From the NCBI RefSeq assembly GCF_006345805.1, contig NC_043002.1, positions 33,356,001 through 33,420,000 of the forward strand: a DNA stretch of 64,000 nt, written 5' to 3'. The DNA is from Octopus sinensis. Taxonomy: Eukaryota. A program made the translations under genes and the position numbers. Below are positions 52,540-64,000 of this stretch, in pieces (position 1 is the stretch's first letter; the number at the start of each line of letters is the position of its first letter). The notes below the pieces were generated by a model. The model made no database searches and was not told the DNA's origin. It saw nothing but the letters and a program-made list of their open reading frames with translations.

Positions 52540-54070
52540 TAACACAGAGGGAGTAGCTTGCGAGCAGGACAAAAACATTGATGAAAATGATATTGATGGG
52601 AGAAGACAAAAGACACCCGTCGATATTTTACCCCTGACCTTAATTTTGCTGCACAATACGAGGCACTAAGCCTCTGAATTTTTCCGCCCCGTTGTCACCC
52701 GACCAGGCTCAATGCCTCACTCAATACCTCGATAGTGCTAGTTCGGGGTACTTCAGCATAAAGCGTGTCTCAGGGAAGGAATCCATTATCTCAAACAAGT
52801 ATTTTTTACCACACGACCTCCGGAGCTGCCTGCGAAGGCCAATCAGGGACCTTGGTAAAGGTAATAATCCCTTCCCTTCGACCTTTTTTATTAAACTTTT
52901 TGATCATTTTTGGGGATTTCCCCTCCCTTGTGGAACAGGACTATAAATACCTCCTCCACATACGGAGAGTCCTCAAATCCCCACTCCGTTGGCATAATTC
53001 CTACCGAAGAGGCCTTGGGACATGCCGGCAGTGTAATAACAACCGCCGGCAATGCCCCGTTTTACTTTTTTCTTCTTTTCTCCTTTATGACGGGTGGGTG
53101 GAGTGCTTTCGTTTTGTCCGAAAGATCCTCCTTCCCTCCCGCCGCCTCAGGATCCATTGGTGGGCAATAATGGTTGCCCACCTTTCATTTTTACCTTTTT
53201 TTGAGGACGTCTTCACATCCTCAACTGCCTCCATCTCTCCCTCTGAAGGGGGAGCGAGGGGCACTGCTTTTATTAACTGCTCCAGGACACATCAGCAGGC
53301 AACACTTTAACATTAATGAGCATGGCTTCGTTGCCACTCAGACCCAGGCGGATAGTGTCTTCTATCCACTCGGGTCCTATTCCAGTTGGCAGCCCACAGA
53401 CCCAAGCTCTTGTTAATTTCTACCCACCATATGTGGGAAGAAACAGTATTTTTTTTCTTTTAAGGGCTGGCACGCAAAATTGCGAGCCTCATCAGGGGTG
53501 TCAAATAGCAACCATACTGTTGCATACTTGACACCCCTTGCAATAAACTTAATAGCTAGTAGATATTCTGCCAACTCTTTTTCTATCTCAATTCGAGAGA
53601 ATACCGTAATGGTGTCGAGAGACTTACAATAAGTTTTCAACGCCACGGTTCTTTCATTGAAATTTTCCAACCACTTCCTTGGAGGCACAATTTCCCAATC
53701 CAAAGCAATCTTTTTTGCCATGTTTGCAGAAAAAGAAAATTAAATAGTTCAAAATAAACAGTCTAGCACAGTCAAAAATAAATAAAAGAGCAGAAAGACA
53801 GCGCAGAGAAAAAGAAGGGAAGAAGACAGTTCAAATCACGGCAAATACACTTCCGGCCTCTGGTAATCTTGGCCAACATGTTTTCAACAAATTGGTACTC
53901 TAATCAGGTACTCCAGGTTCAGAAGCAGGAACACAGAAAAATCCTCCACGAATTGGTAGAAAATTTCATAAAATTTTCACAAATTTTGGTGGCGAGACAC
54001 GCCAACCAAACAACAATTCTCACAGCTAAGTGAGTCACTTAGCGCGACTGCAGGCAGACAAATGTCCGGG
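52540..54070 (-). mobile_element. Probable 5' portion (5' UTR plus decayed ORF1) of an L1/Tx1-like LINE
   Basis: Higher-complexity island; ORF MAKKIALDW...ERTVALKTY...IKFIARGVKYATVWLLFDTPDEA has an RRM-like ORF1 pattern, followed by frameshifted basic/P-rich sequence; no RT seen. Confidence 0.5.
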
Positions 54071-54327
54071 ACCCAGTGAGGATTTCTTATTTGAAAAAAG
54101 AAAAAAACAATATCAAATAACAAAACTACTGAAAAAAAAACAGATGTCTACCTTACAGTCACGCCTTCAATATTTTTCAATTCAGGACGGCTACAAAAGC
54201 ACATTTTTGACAGTATTCAAATTTGGAAGCAAATTTGGTAAGCAAGCTAGTTACCACACATCCACGCCAGGCAGGCAGGCATGCAGACAGGCAGGCAGGC
54301 AGCCAAACAGACAGACAGACAGACAGC

Positions 54328-54403
<76 letters not shown>

Positions 54404-55419
54404 AAATGGTAGTTGTGGTCAATCAGCGAAGAAGGGGTAATTTGGTCTGCGTGGACAAATGTTATACAAATAAAGCAAATAAGATGATAATGAGGAAAGA
54501 GTGAGAAAAGCAAGTAAATAATACGCGTAGTCGGACAAACGAAAGTTCGTGACAGTAAAAGCGTAGGAATATAAAACGAAAAGAAAAAAAGACAATGAAA
54601 GACGTGCACAATGAAAATAAATACATCAGTGGAGGAAACAGAATAGATTTTAACGCTTCCGGTGATAGCTTTTATCAAAGAGTTGAAAAAGAAATGTGTT
54701 GCAATACAAGAATTAAATCTATATGTTACCCAATTTACGACATCTGTTTACATAGGAGACTTAATGTAGAATTTTACGTTAAGCTTACTGTATAAACATA
54801 TATCGTAATTTGGTATCGCGTATTTTCTTTGCTTGCTGAACGTGTCCTTTCTCTACTTCATGAGTTCTCCTGCTTCAATGACCACTGGTATCGTATTTGG
54901 TATTTATACTCTACATGTTGTTGATTTCGATCTCTAAGTCTTTGTATCTGGTCAAATTGTCTTTGACCTTCATGGAGGTGTTCCTTTCGAAAGATACAGC
55001 AGCGTCGGAAGTTATACACCTGCCCTTCTAGGCCTTGATAACGATATCAGGAATGTTGATAACGATATCAGGAATCGTTAGAACGCCTGGAAAAAATGCT
55101 GAATGGAATTTCGTCCGTCTTTACGTTCAGAGTTCAAATTCCATTGAGGTTGACTTGGCCTTTTATCCATTCGAGGTCGATCAAATAAATACCAGTTGAG
55201 CTCTTGAGTAGATATAATCGACTAGCCCTCTCCCCAAATTATTCAGGCCGTGTCCTATGATGGAACAACGTACATTGAACAGAAACATATATGATGCAAC
55301 TGCCTACATTGAAATGCTTCAATATTTACGCCTTGATCGAATAATTTTCATAGCTCAGTTAGAGAAATGGCATTATTTTTAAGTATTATCGCCAACATTG
55401 AAGAGAAAGAAAGAAAAAA

Positions 55420-55680
55420 TCGAAATATCATTATTTCTAATTCTCTCTAAAGGAGATTACGGCAGCGGTACTGGATATTAATAGTTATCGCCAAGCTAAC
55501 ATGGCAGTCCAACAAAATAGGACGAATGCTGCCGTTGATTAGCTGCTGACCTCCCCTGTTCGAAGGTTATAAGGGACACATGTTTGTGTGTCAAAAAGCT
55601 ACCTTGAGGCGATGGCGTCTTGGAGCTAATCAACGGTAGCATTCGTCCTTCTTTTTTTTGGACTGCCATATTAGCTTGAA
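55420..55680. mobile_element. Fold-back element, same family as 41505-41725
   Basis: CAAGCTAACATGGCAGTCCAA...GGACGAATGCTGCCGTTGATTAGCT mirrored by AGCTAATCAACGGTAGCATTCGTCC...TTGGACTGCCATATTAGCTTG. Confidence 0.8.
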
Positions 55681-56464
55681 GAAAAAATCATGAGTTAAGA
55701 TTATCTTTTGACGAAAGATTTGCTTCATATATATACTCAGAACCATCTGGTCTTTGCCAAAGGAAACCAAAGATCAGGCCGAAGATAGATACCAAGCCTG
55801 TCCTCTGAGATCGAATACGGTTCTTTCAACCTGCTTCAAAACAGTTACTTCTATTAAGGCTTGGCTAAACCCAAAGTTGTAGCAGAAGATACTTTCACAA
55901 AATTTCGTAAAGTGGGACTGAACCCAGAATTAGGTGTTTGCCAAGTATTTCTTAATTACACAATCGTGCCAGCACCCTTATCATCAGCACCATATGTCTG
56001 AATAAATGAATACGCTGATCTGTTTGACACACACACTAACAGTTGGAAGTGACGATAGGACTGCATTTCTGAGTGTTTTGTCGATGTATATATGTATGTA
56101 CGTACATATATTCATACATACACACATAGATACATACATACGTACATACACACACATACACACATAGATGTATGTGATAATATGTTTTTTTATGATATAC
56201 ATATTGATCGAGGAATTTGTAATGTGACAGGAGACACATTGATCCGTATATATGTATGTATTTATGAATGTATATGCATGTATATGTGTTTCAATGTATG
56301 TATCTAGATAACGCTATCTACCCATCTATCTCAGTGTGTATATATATGTGTGTGTATGTGAGTTTTATGTGATGACACATAACACATATTTAATGTATAT
56401 ATGACTGTGTAAAAATGACTCAGGCTGCTATTGTCTATTTTTGTTTTTGCTATCTAGTCATGAC

Positions 56465-56702
56465 TCACCACCACCACCACAACCACCACCACCACCACCA
56501 CCACCACCACCACAGTCACTACAGACTCATTTCCCATCTTAAGGCCATTTGTGTCGTTATTCCCACATCGCCCGAAAGTCATCACTTGTGTTTCTGTCTT
56601 TACCAGCTGTAGTCACTGCTACTGCTGCTGCTGTTGTTCTTCTTCGTGTTGTTGCTGCATCTCCCGAGGTTGTAACCTGCTGCTGCTGCTATTACAGCTG
56701 TT

Positions 56703-56741
<39 letters not shown>

Positions 56742-56962
56742 GCTTCCCCTTGCAGCCGTTTCCTGCTGTTCTTGCAACCTACTGTTGCCGATACCCTGCA
56801 GCAGTTATATTGCAAGATAGGGTTTAAGATAGTGCCGACAGACGTTAATGAGGATGAAACGATGACAGCGATGATTGTAATGATGACATTGATGATGATG
56901 AGGACGACGACGAGGATAATGACGACGATGATGATGATGATGACGATGATGATGATGATGAC

Positions 56963-57025
<63 letters not shown>

Positions 57026-57428
57026 GGCGGCGGTGGTGATGTTGACGACGACAGCGGCGATGACAACGACGCTGACGATGACGACGACGATGATGACGAC
57101 GACGACGATGATGACCACGACGACGATGTTGGTGATGGTGGGGATGCTGGCGATGATGATGATGATGACGACGACGATGAAGTTGATGAATACAACGGCA
57201 ACGACGATGACAACGATGACAACGATGACGGCGATGATAAGGATGATGATCAGCATGACGACGATGATGATGATGATGAAGGTGATAACGCTGATAACGG
57301 TGATGGTCACGATAGCAATGACTCGGTCGCGTGGCTATGTCTGTAGTAGTGATTAAAGATCGCTAATACCACCAACCTTGCGTCAACTGCAACATGGCAG
57401 CAGGTTGCTGGCAATGATGCTGCTCTAA

Positions 57429-57466
<38 letters not shown>

Positions 57467-57670
57467 CAGAGGAACGATAATTGTGGTGGTGTTGGTGGAT
57501 GGGGTGTTTGTGTTATTAGTCATAGTGGTGGTTGTGGGAATAGCGGTAGCGATGGTGACTGTTGTAGTGGTGGTGTTCATGGCAGCGTTGGCGTCGGAAG
57601 CAGTGGTGGTTTAGAGGTGGTAGTTGTGTTTGTGATTGTGCTTGTGGTTGTGATTGTGGTTGTGGTGATA
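56465..57670. repeat. Trinucleotide repeat cluster (CAC, GTT, GAT/GAC, GTA, GTG)
   Basis: Directly visible. Confidence 0.92.
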
Positions 57671-57737
57671 GCAATGGAACGCAGCAGTTGACTATGGGCA
57701 GTATATACGTCGCTGGTTGGCACAATATGGCTCATTG

Positions 57738-57970
57738 AAGGCGGTGAGCTGGCAGAAACGTTAGCACGCTGGGCGAAATGCTGAGCAGTATCTCGTCTGC
57801 CGTTACGTTCTGAGTTCAAATTCCGCCGAGGTCGACTTTGCCTTTCATCCTTTCGGGGTCGATTAAATAAGTACCAGTTACGCACTGGGGTCGATATGAT
57901 CGACTTAATCTGTTTGTGTGTCCTTGTTTGGCCCCTCTAGGTTTAGCCCCTTGTGGGCAATAAAGAAATA
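57738..57970 (+). mobile_element. Family-C SINE, full length, 16-bp TSD
   Basis: A-box TGGCAGAAACG, B-box GAGTTCAAATTCC; core GCCTTTCATCCTTTCGGGGTCGAT..AAGTACCAG; ACAATATGGCTCATTG / ACAATGTGACTCATTG flanks. Confidence 0.93.
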
Positions 57971-58399
57971 ACAATGTGACTCATTGTGTGCTAATGTATT
58001 AAGTTCGAATTCAACGCTTGTCGAATATTGAGGGGAGGGAATAGAGGAATGCCAGTCAACTCAGAATCATACATATGTTTGGTGTGGTATGGGTATACCA
58101 CATGCAATCCTGGTTACAACCACATACATCAACAACTTTTGGCTGCGGCAACTTGTGTGTTTGAAATGTATTTTCTCTTGGCTAAAACTGAGTAGCCCCA
58201 ATTAATATTATTTATTTTAATTCCTAAACTCCAGATAATCTACAGTAACTGGATATATTCTACTTCATCGTATGCTCTTTTATTGTTTATAGTGCTCTTT
58301 TAGTATTGTGCTATTCAATCAGCGCCACGATGTTTTTTTTTTAACCTATTTCAGGCCTGCCCAGTTTTTCTTTTTAAACTTTTGCAGGCATTGGCCATG

Positions 58400-60130
58400 A
58401 AAAAGCTTTCCCTGCGATCGTTTAACAAGGCCTTCTGTAGAACGACTTTTACCTTTGTGATCAATTGTTTCATCATTCCTGTTGTTTCTCTTTTATCTTC
58501 ACAAATACTTGTATTTCAGTCTGTTTTGTATTTGTCAGTTTTCATGGAGACTGAAAAAACAATTATTTTGTTTGTTTTTGTCTAGCTATTTGAATCATTT
58601 ATCCATTTTTCTTTACTAGATATTTTTATAGTACTTCATTATAATAGTTTTCTTGATGCACAAACCCCAACACCCAGTATTCTTGGTAAATATAGTCTTT
58701 CTATGTGAGGTCTGGAATGTTGTATTATAAATTTTGTTGTCATCTTCCTTGCTTTCCAGTTTAGTCTTTCTAATTCATTAGCGTCTGGTTGAGAATATTA
58801 TAAAATTATTTACTACTAAGACAGATAGTAGTAAATACCTTTTTTCAATCAGTAATCTATTTTTATAATCTGTTCATTTGAGTGTACGCTGTCTACCTCA
58901 TTGATTCTTAAGTATATGTAAGTCTTTATTTGATGCAATTTATTTATCACTCTTTCTATATCTTGCATAATACAAGCGTTCTTAATATATTTTCCCCACT
59001 TTCAGGTTCATTTGAAACATGTTTCTAATTCACATCACATACCAATTTTTTAAGTAAATCTTTGTATCATCTGTAGCAGCGTTTCTGCTTACTGTCAACA
59101 ACATACAAACTGAGGATCTTTATTTACAAATGATAGCTGATAGCCTTCTCATAGCATTTGTATGTGAATACACTGTGGCTTAATATGCTAGTTGCAAGCA
59201 GAAAAGGAGTCGAGACAGGGAGTCATCCTTATAATACTAGTTTTCTGAATGAAAGAGAGAGATTTAATATCTATAAGTCACTTCTATGTGCCTATATTAA
59301 CGATTCCTGGACATTTAGTAATGATTTATTTAATATTTCTTATTATTAGCGCCATTTTGTGTTCATGTTTGATACTTCCAGGATCCACTTGAGTGTAACA
59401 TTATTAAAGCCTTCTAATAATCAATCCATGCTATGTTATCACCTTCCTAATTCATTCTATAGATTTCGATTATTTTGCTGATCAATAATCGATCTTTACA
59501 ACATCAGCCTTTGCAGCAAACCGCCTATCTTCTAGAGGTAGCTTTTTTTTCTAGACGTTTATTCTCTGTGGTATTATTGTAGTTAGATTTTGTAATCTGT
59601 ATCATTATTATGCATTTTTCCTCTTCCTTCAGTTTTGTTTCCACTTCTTGCCGTTTATCTTCCATAGTTAGCAAAGTTGTTGTTTTGATGTTTTGTGACA
59701 ACTAGTCTCCTCAAGTCACAAGAATCCTTTCTTAGGATTTTTGCAGAATACAATATGACACATTTCTGCAGGTTGACATTGCGTGTCTCCATTCAAATAT
59801 CTTTCAGTGTCTTAGGTAGTAATTTCGGTGTTGTTCCAAGAGCGCCAGTTACCACAATTGTCGTCTAAGTCTTTCACAATCTCTTTATCTCTCTGACTAG
59901 ATCCTGACATTTCTCATTCTTCTCAATCTCTTTGATATTCTCTCGATTATTATATGGTTTTGCAAAGCCTATGATTTTATAATATACACTACTTTTTTCC
60001 TCTATAATCATAACTGGCTTCCTGTTTATTATCACTATTCTGCTGCTGCGCAGTATTGGTGTTGTATTTTGTAAAATTATGCTTTCTACCGAACCACATC
60101 TCACGCTTTGTGATGAGAAGCATATTTTGT
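58400..60130 (-). mobile_element. Old decayed R4/Dong-like RLE LINE fragments
   Basis: NIAWIDY*KA (~59420), IERLYLPR (~58690), EKNEKCQDLVREIKRL..VVTGALGT (~59840-59930). Confidence 0.7.
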
Positions 60131-60511
60131 TTTCATTACTTCATATCTGTTCATACTTTCTGGGTGTCTTACTAGAGATGTTTTCCACTTTTAGTTTAAA
60201 GTCATGCTTTACAAAGTTTTCTCCCGTATCTTTGTCACTGTTCTCAAGGCCTCGGTGATAATGGGCAGTACATGACCTTGCTGACTTCTCTGTTCCGTCA
60301 CTTGAGGATTTCATATTAAATCGAGATGATACTCTACATTTCCATTTTTTTCTTTCTTTTTACTTGATGTCAAATGGCCAAGCCTCGTCGATTACAATAA
60401 GCAGTTTCTTCTTATATACGACTATGATAGCTTACAGATGCCATGATAGATCATTAGCTACTACACACATTTTTTTCTCTCCTTGTTTCTCTCCTTGTTT
60501 TTTTCTGTGTA

Positions 60512-60549
60512 TCTTTCTGTAGAAGAGCGTAGGCTCGAAACGTAAAAGA
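60512..60549 (+). ncRNA. Hammerhead-like motif with non-canonical core (CUGUAGA) within repeat 60420-60643
   Basis: TCTTT-CTGTAGA-A-GAGC-GTAG-GCTC-GAAA-CGTA-AAAGA; stems I and II perfect. Confidence 0.6.
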
Positions 60550-61887
60550 CTTTTTCTATTCCTGAGCGTTATACTAATACATCTGTTTGTTTTGTACACC
60601 ACCTGTCTTCGTCTTTTGTTTATTTTCGTAAACTTTCCCTTTATGATATCTAGCTAGTGTTCTTTTCTTCTGTTGGTCTCTATATTAAAGCCCCATAACA
60701 ACTTCATTACATCCTTTTTTGATGACTTTCATTTAAATAATTAAATTATTTTTCACTTTCCAAGTTCAAGCCAATAATGGTCTACCGTTAAATAGGAATG
60801 TTCTTACACCAAAACAAAAAAAAAAAGAAGGAAAAACAATAGCCTTAACAAACCAAGTTAGTTCCGAAAAAGGAAAAAAAGGAACAATATTTAGCTTACA
60901 GATTTCTATCTTCAGAAACAAGAAAAATATTTACTTACAAAAGCTCTAACATTGCAAACATAACTTTCACAACAAGAACAGCATATACGGCAAAAACAAT
61001 AATATTCACGCGTTCACACACATTGTTAAACGAAACTGTTTGAATACTGGTGAACCACGTCGTTTGTGAGCATAGTTTTACATAAGAAGAATCTTGCTAT
61101 GAAATATTTTTCTTAAAAAATGGCATTACAATATTATGTCTCTAAAATAAAGCGGCGTGCAAGCAGAATCGTTATCACGCCGGGCAAATTGCTTGGGGCA
61201 TTTCGTTCATCTATTCAATCTAAGTTCAAATTCCTCAGATGCCAACTTTGCCCTTCATCTTATTGGGGTCTATAAAATATATGCCATTTGAATACACCAC
61301 CCCACAAAAAAATGCTGGCCTTGTACCAAAATTTATATTAAGTCTCTAAAATGAATGCATCTCAACCAGAAGCTATTCCCCTAGTGCAAGAGAAAAGTAA
61401 CTTACCTTTGCCTTGAAATGCATAATTTCAAGGATTTCCCTTGTATCTTCTAAAGAATAGTCAGGGGCGATACTTACAGATAAATTTCCTTCATTGTGAG
61501 AAAGAATATGCCATGGTATGCTTTACTTTGTTTTCAAGAACAGACGAAAGTACAAGCTCACATACATCTACCCATAAACTGATATCACAGTATTTGGAGC
61601 AGGGGAGTACGAGAAACGTCATGAAGGACATCGGTGACAAAGTCGAACTCTGGTTGCTCATCATCATATTGGTGCAATATGGAAACGTTGTTATCGCTGA
61701 AATGAAGTCCAGGGGTGGGCAATTATGGACATACGAGTCCACAAGAGCACAGAACTAACACACAGTTGTGCCCTGTTGTAGATGCAGAACGAAAGTCTCT
61801 AAAAGTCAGCTTAATGTCTAGCTGCTACATATGAGAGCCATGAGAGCCACTGACTACTACTGTATCAGGGCATTATTATTAATAATA

Positions 61888-62400
61888 ATATGATTTTCCA
61901 CGAGCTTTAGCATCCAGTCATTCTTTATTTCAAGATATTTGGCCAGTCCAATTGTGGTTATTTTGTAAGCTAGTTCAAATTGGATCAGGCCTCGACCTCC
62001 TTGGGCTCTGGGAAGGTAAAGGCGATCTACGTCTGCCTTTGGGTGGTGCATCCTATTACAACTCAGCAGCTTGCGTATTTTCCTATCTATATTCTTTACT
62101 TCACTCATATTCCAGTTCAACACATTGTAGCTATAAGTAACAACTGGAACTGCTAAGGAATTTATAGCTAACACCTTGTTACGTGCATTTAGTTCAGATT
62201 TCAGGACTGAACGAACTCTCCTATAACATTCTTTCCTGAACTTCTCTTTCATGCTTGCATGCTGAATACCAGAGCCTTCATTTATCCCTAAATATTTGTA
62301 TGTTTGTTCTTGCTCAAGCTCTCTTATGACTGTGTCAACATCTATCACGACTGAATTTGTGGTCTACACTTTCCCTTTCTGGAAAGTGGCCTTGGCACAC
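61888..62400 (-). pseudogene. R4/Dong-like reverse transcriptase fragment
   Basis: YKYLG...LKSELNARNKVLAINSLAVPVVTYS...HHPKADVDRLYLPRAQGGRGL; flanked by (TTA)n. Confidence 0.9.
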
Positions 62401-62419
62401 TTATTATTATTATTATTAT

Positions 62420-62677
62420 TCTATGTTTGACTTTTGCTTTATATTTGTACAAGTTGGCTCCAAGTCTCACCCAGAGACCTCAAGAGACAACAGGGTTGGA
62501 AGTTCATGTTGTTGTTATGCCTAGTGTGCCATATATTTGGGGGGTGGGGATGTTGTACTAATGAATGTCTAAAAAAAAAAAAAAAGTTTTTTTTTTTTTT
62601 TTTTAAACCGAAAATTATGGTTGTTTTAAACCTTGAGGTTACATAGAGAGTATTTTGCGTAGGATATGAGCAGTTCC

Positions 62678-62680
<3 letters not shown>
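62420..62680 (-). mobile_element. 5'-truncated R4/Dong-like 3' end, second subfamily
   Basis: MGTAHILRKILSM* plus 3' UTR, between (TTA)n tracts. Confidence 0.75.
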
Positions 62681-62735
<55 letters not shown>

Positions 62736-62931
62736 GTTGTTGTTGTTGCTGTTGTTGTTGTTCTTCTTCTTCTTCTTATTATTATTATTATTATTATATA
62801 ATAATTATTATTATTATTATTATTATTATTGTTATTATGTTGTTGTTGTTGTGTTGTTGTTCTTGTTGTTGTTCTTGTTCTTGTTGTTGTTGTTCTTCTT
62901 GTTCTTGTTGTTGTTCTTGTTGTTGTTGTTG

Positions 62932-62995
<64 letters not shown>

Positions 62996-62999
<4 letters not shown>

Positions 63000-63254
63000 T
63001 AGTTTTATTTTTATAGCGTGCTTTCACTTCACTACCGAGCGCAGCTCTGTGTGCCTTGGGTATGTGCTGAGATTTGTTGCGATGCTCTGATAGTTATTGT
63101 ATGGAAAGTGTTCTGCGTAGGATGTGTGCAGTGCCTAGTAGTGCAATTTTCTGTATGTTATATGTGTTTGTAAGTCCTGGCGTTTTTGTTATGTATTTGT
63201 CTGAATATTTTTTTATCATTCCTAATGCACCTACTATGATAGGAATTGTGTCTA

Positions 63255-63255
<1 letters not shown>
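62996..63255 (-). mobile_element. 5'-truncated R4/Dong-like 3' end in (TAA)n
   Basis: TIPIIVGALGMIKK...IQKIALLGTAHILRRTLSIQ* plus UTR. Confidence 0.88.
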
Positions 63256-63306
<51 letters not shown>

Positions 63307-63336
63307 GTTGTTGTTGTTGTTGTTGTTGTTCTTCTT

Positions 63337-63399
<63 letters not shown>

Positions 63400-63714
63400 G
63401 TTATTATTGTTGTTGTTATTGTTGTTGTTCTTGTTGTTGTTCTTGTTGTTGTTGTTGTTCTTGTTCATGTTCTTGTTGATGTTCTTGTTCTTGTTCTTGT
63501 TGTTGTTGTTCTTCTTCTTCTTCTTCTTCTTATTATTATTATTATTATTATTATTGTTATTATTGTTGTTGTTATTGTTGTTGTTATTGTTCTTGTTGTT
63601 CTTGTTGTTGTTGTTGTTCTTGTTCTTGTTGTTGCTGTTGTTCTTGTTGTTGTTCTTGTTGTTGTTCTTGTTCTTGTTGTTGTTGTTCTTCTTCTTCTTC
63701 TTATTATTATTATT

Positions 63715-63975
63715 CAGTAGTTTTATTTTTATAGCGTGCTTTCACTTCACTACCGAGCGCAGCTCTGTGTGCCTTGGGTATGTGCTGTGATTTGTTGCGA
63801 TGCTCTGATGGTTATTGTATGGAAAGTGTTCTGCGTAGGATGTGTGCAGTGCCTAGTAGTGCAATTTTCTGTATGTTATATGTGTTTGTAAGTCCTGGTG
63901 TTTTTGTTATGTATTTGTCTGAATATTTTTTTATCATTCCTAATGCACCTACTATGATAGGAATTGTTTCTGTTT
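63715..63975 (-). mobile_element. Second, nearly identical R4/Dong-like 3' end
   Basis: Repeat of 62996-63255 about 718 bp downstream with a few substitutions. Confidence 0.88.
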
Positions 63976-64000
63976 TTTATTATTATTATTATTATTATTA

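Larger units (their letters stand above)
62680..64000. repeat. Compound (TTA)n/(TTG)n/(TTC)n microsatellite array
   Basis: Directly visible. Confidence 0.95.

Noticed and set aside
56600-57356. Long poly-M/T, poly-I/V and poly-S ORFs
   Set aside because: (GAT/GAC)n repeat open in several frames; no splice or domain evidence.

Overview
AT-rich, microsatellite-saturated eukaryotic non-coding DNA (intergenic or a very large intron). The repeat content looks like an octopus/coleoid cephalopod genome; that is an inference from the SINE families, not a database result. No intact host gene is recognisable, and nearly all listed ORFs are translations of (TA)n/(CA)n/(GATA)n/(TAA)n tracts. Supported content: three main tRNA-derived SINE families (several with clear TSDs), a full-length decayed mariner (17722-18988), Tc1/mariner, pogo and hAT fragments, a near full-length decayed CR1-group LINE with a four-CCCH-finger ORF1 (27711-31870), R4/Dong-like RLE retroelement pieces in (TAA)n, Tx1/L1-like fragments and Penelope-like remnants. 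The most notable signal is a set of non-coding elements carrying type I hammerhead ribozyme motifs, from about five sequence families and some with non-canonical cores. The best case is a young 931-bp tandemly duplicated fold-back unit at 49.8-51.6 kb with four hammerheads on alternating strands. Two weak candidate host exons are noted (ATG exon ending 26955 on +, small exon 61406-61449 on -).
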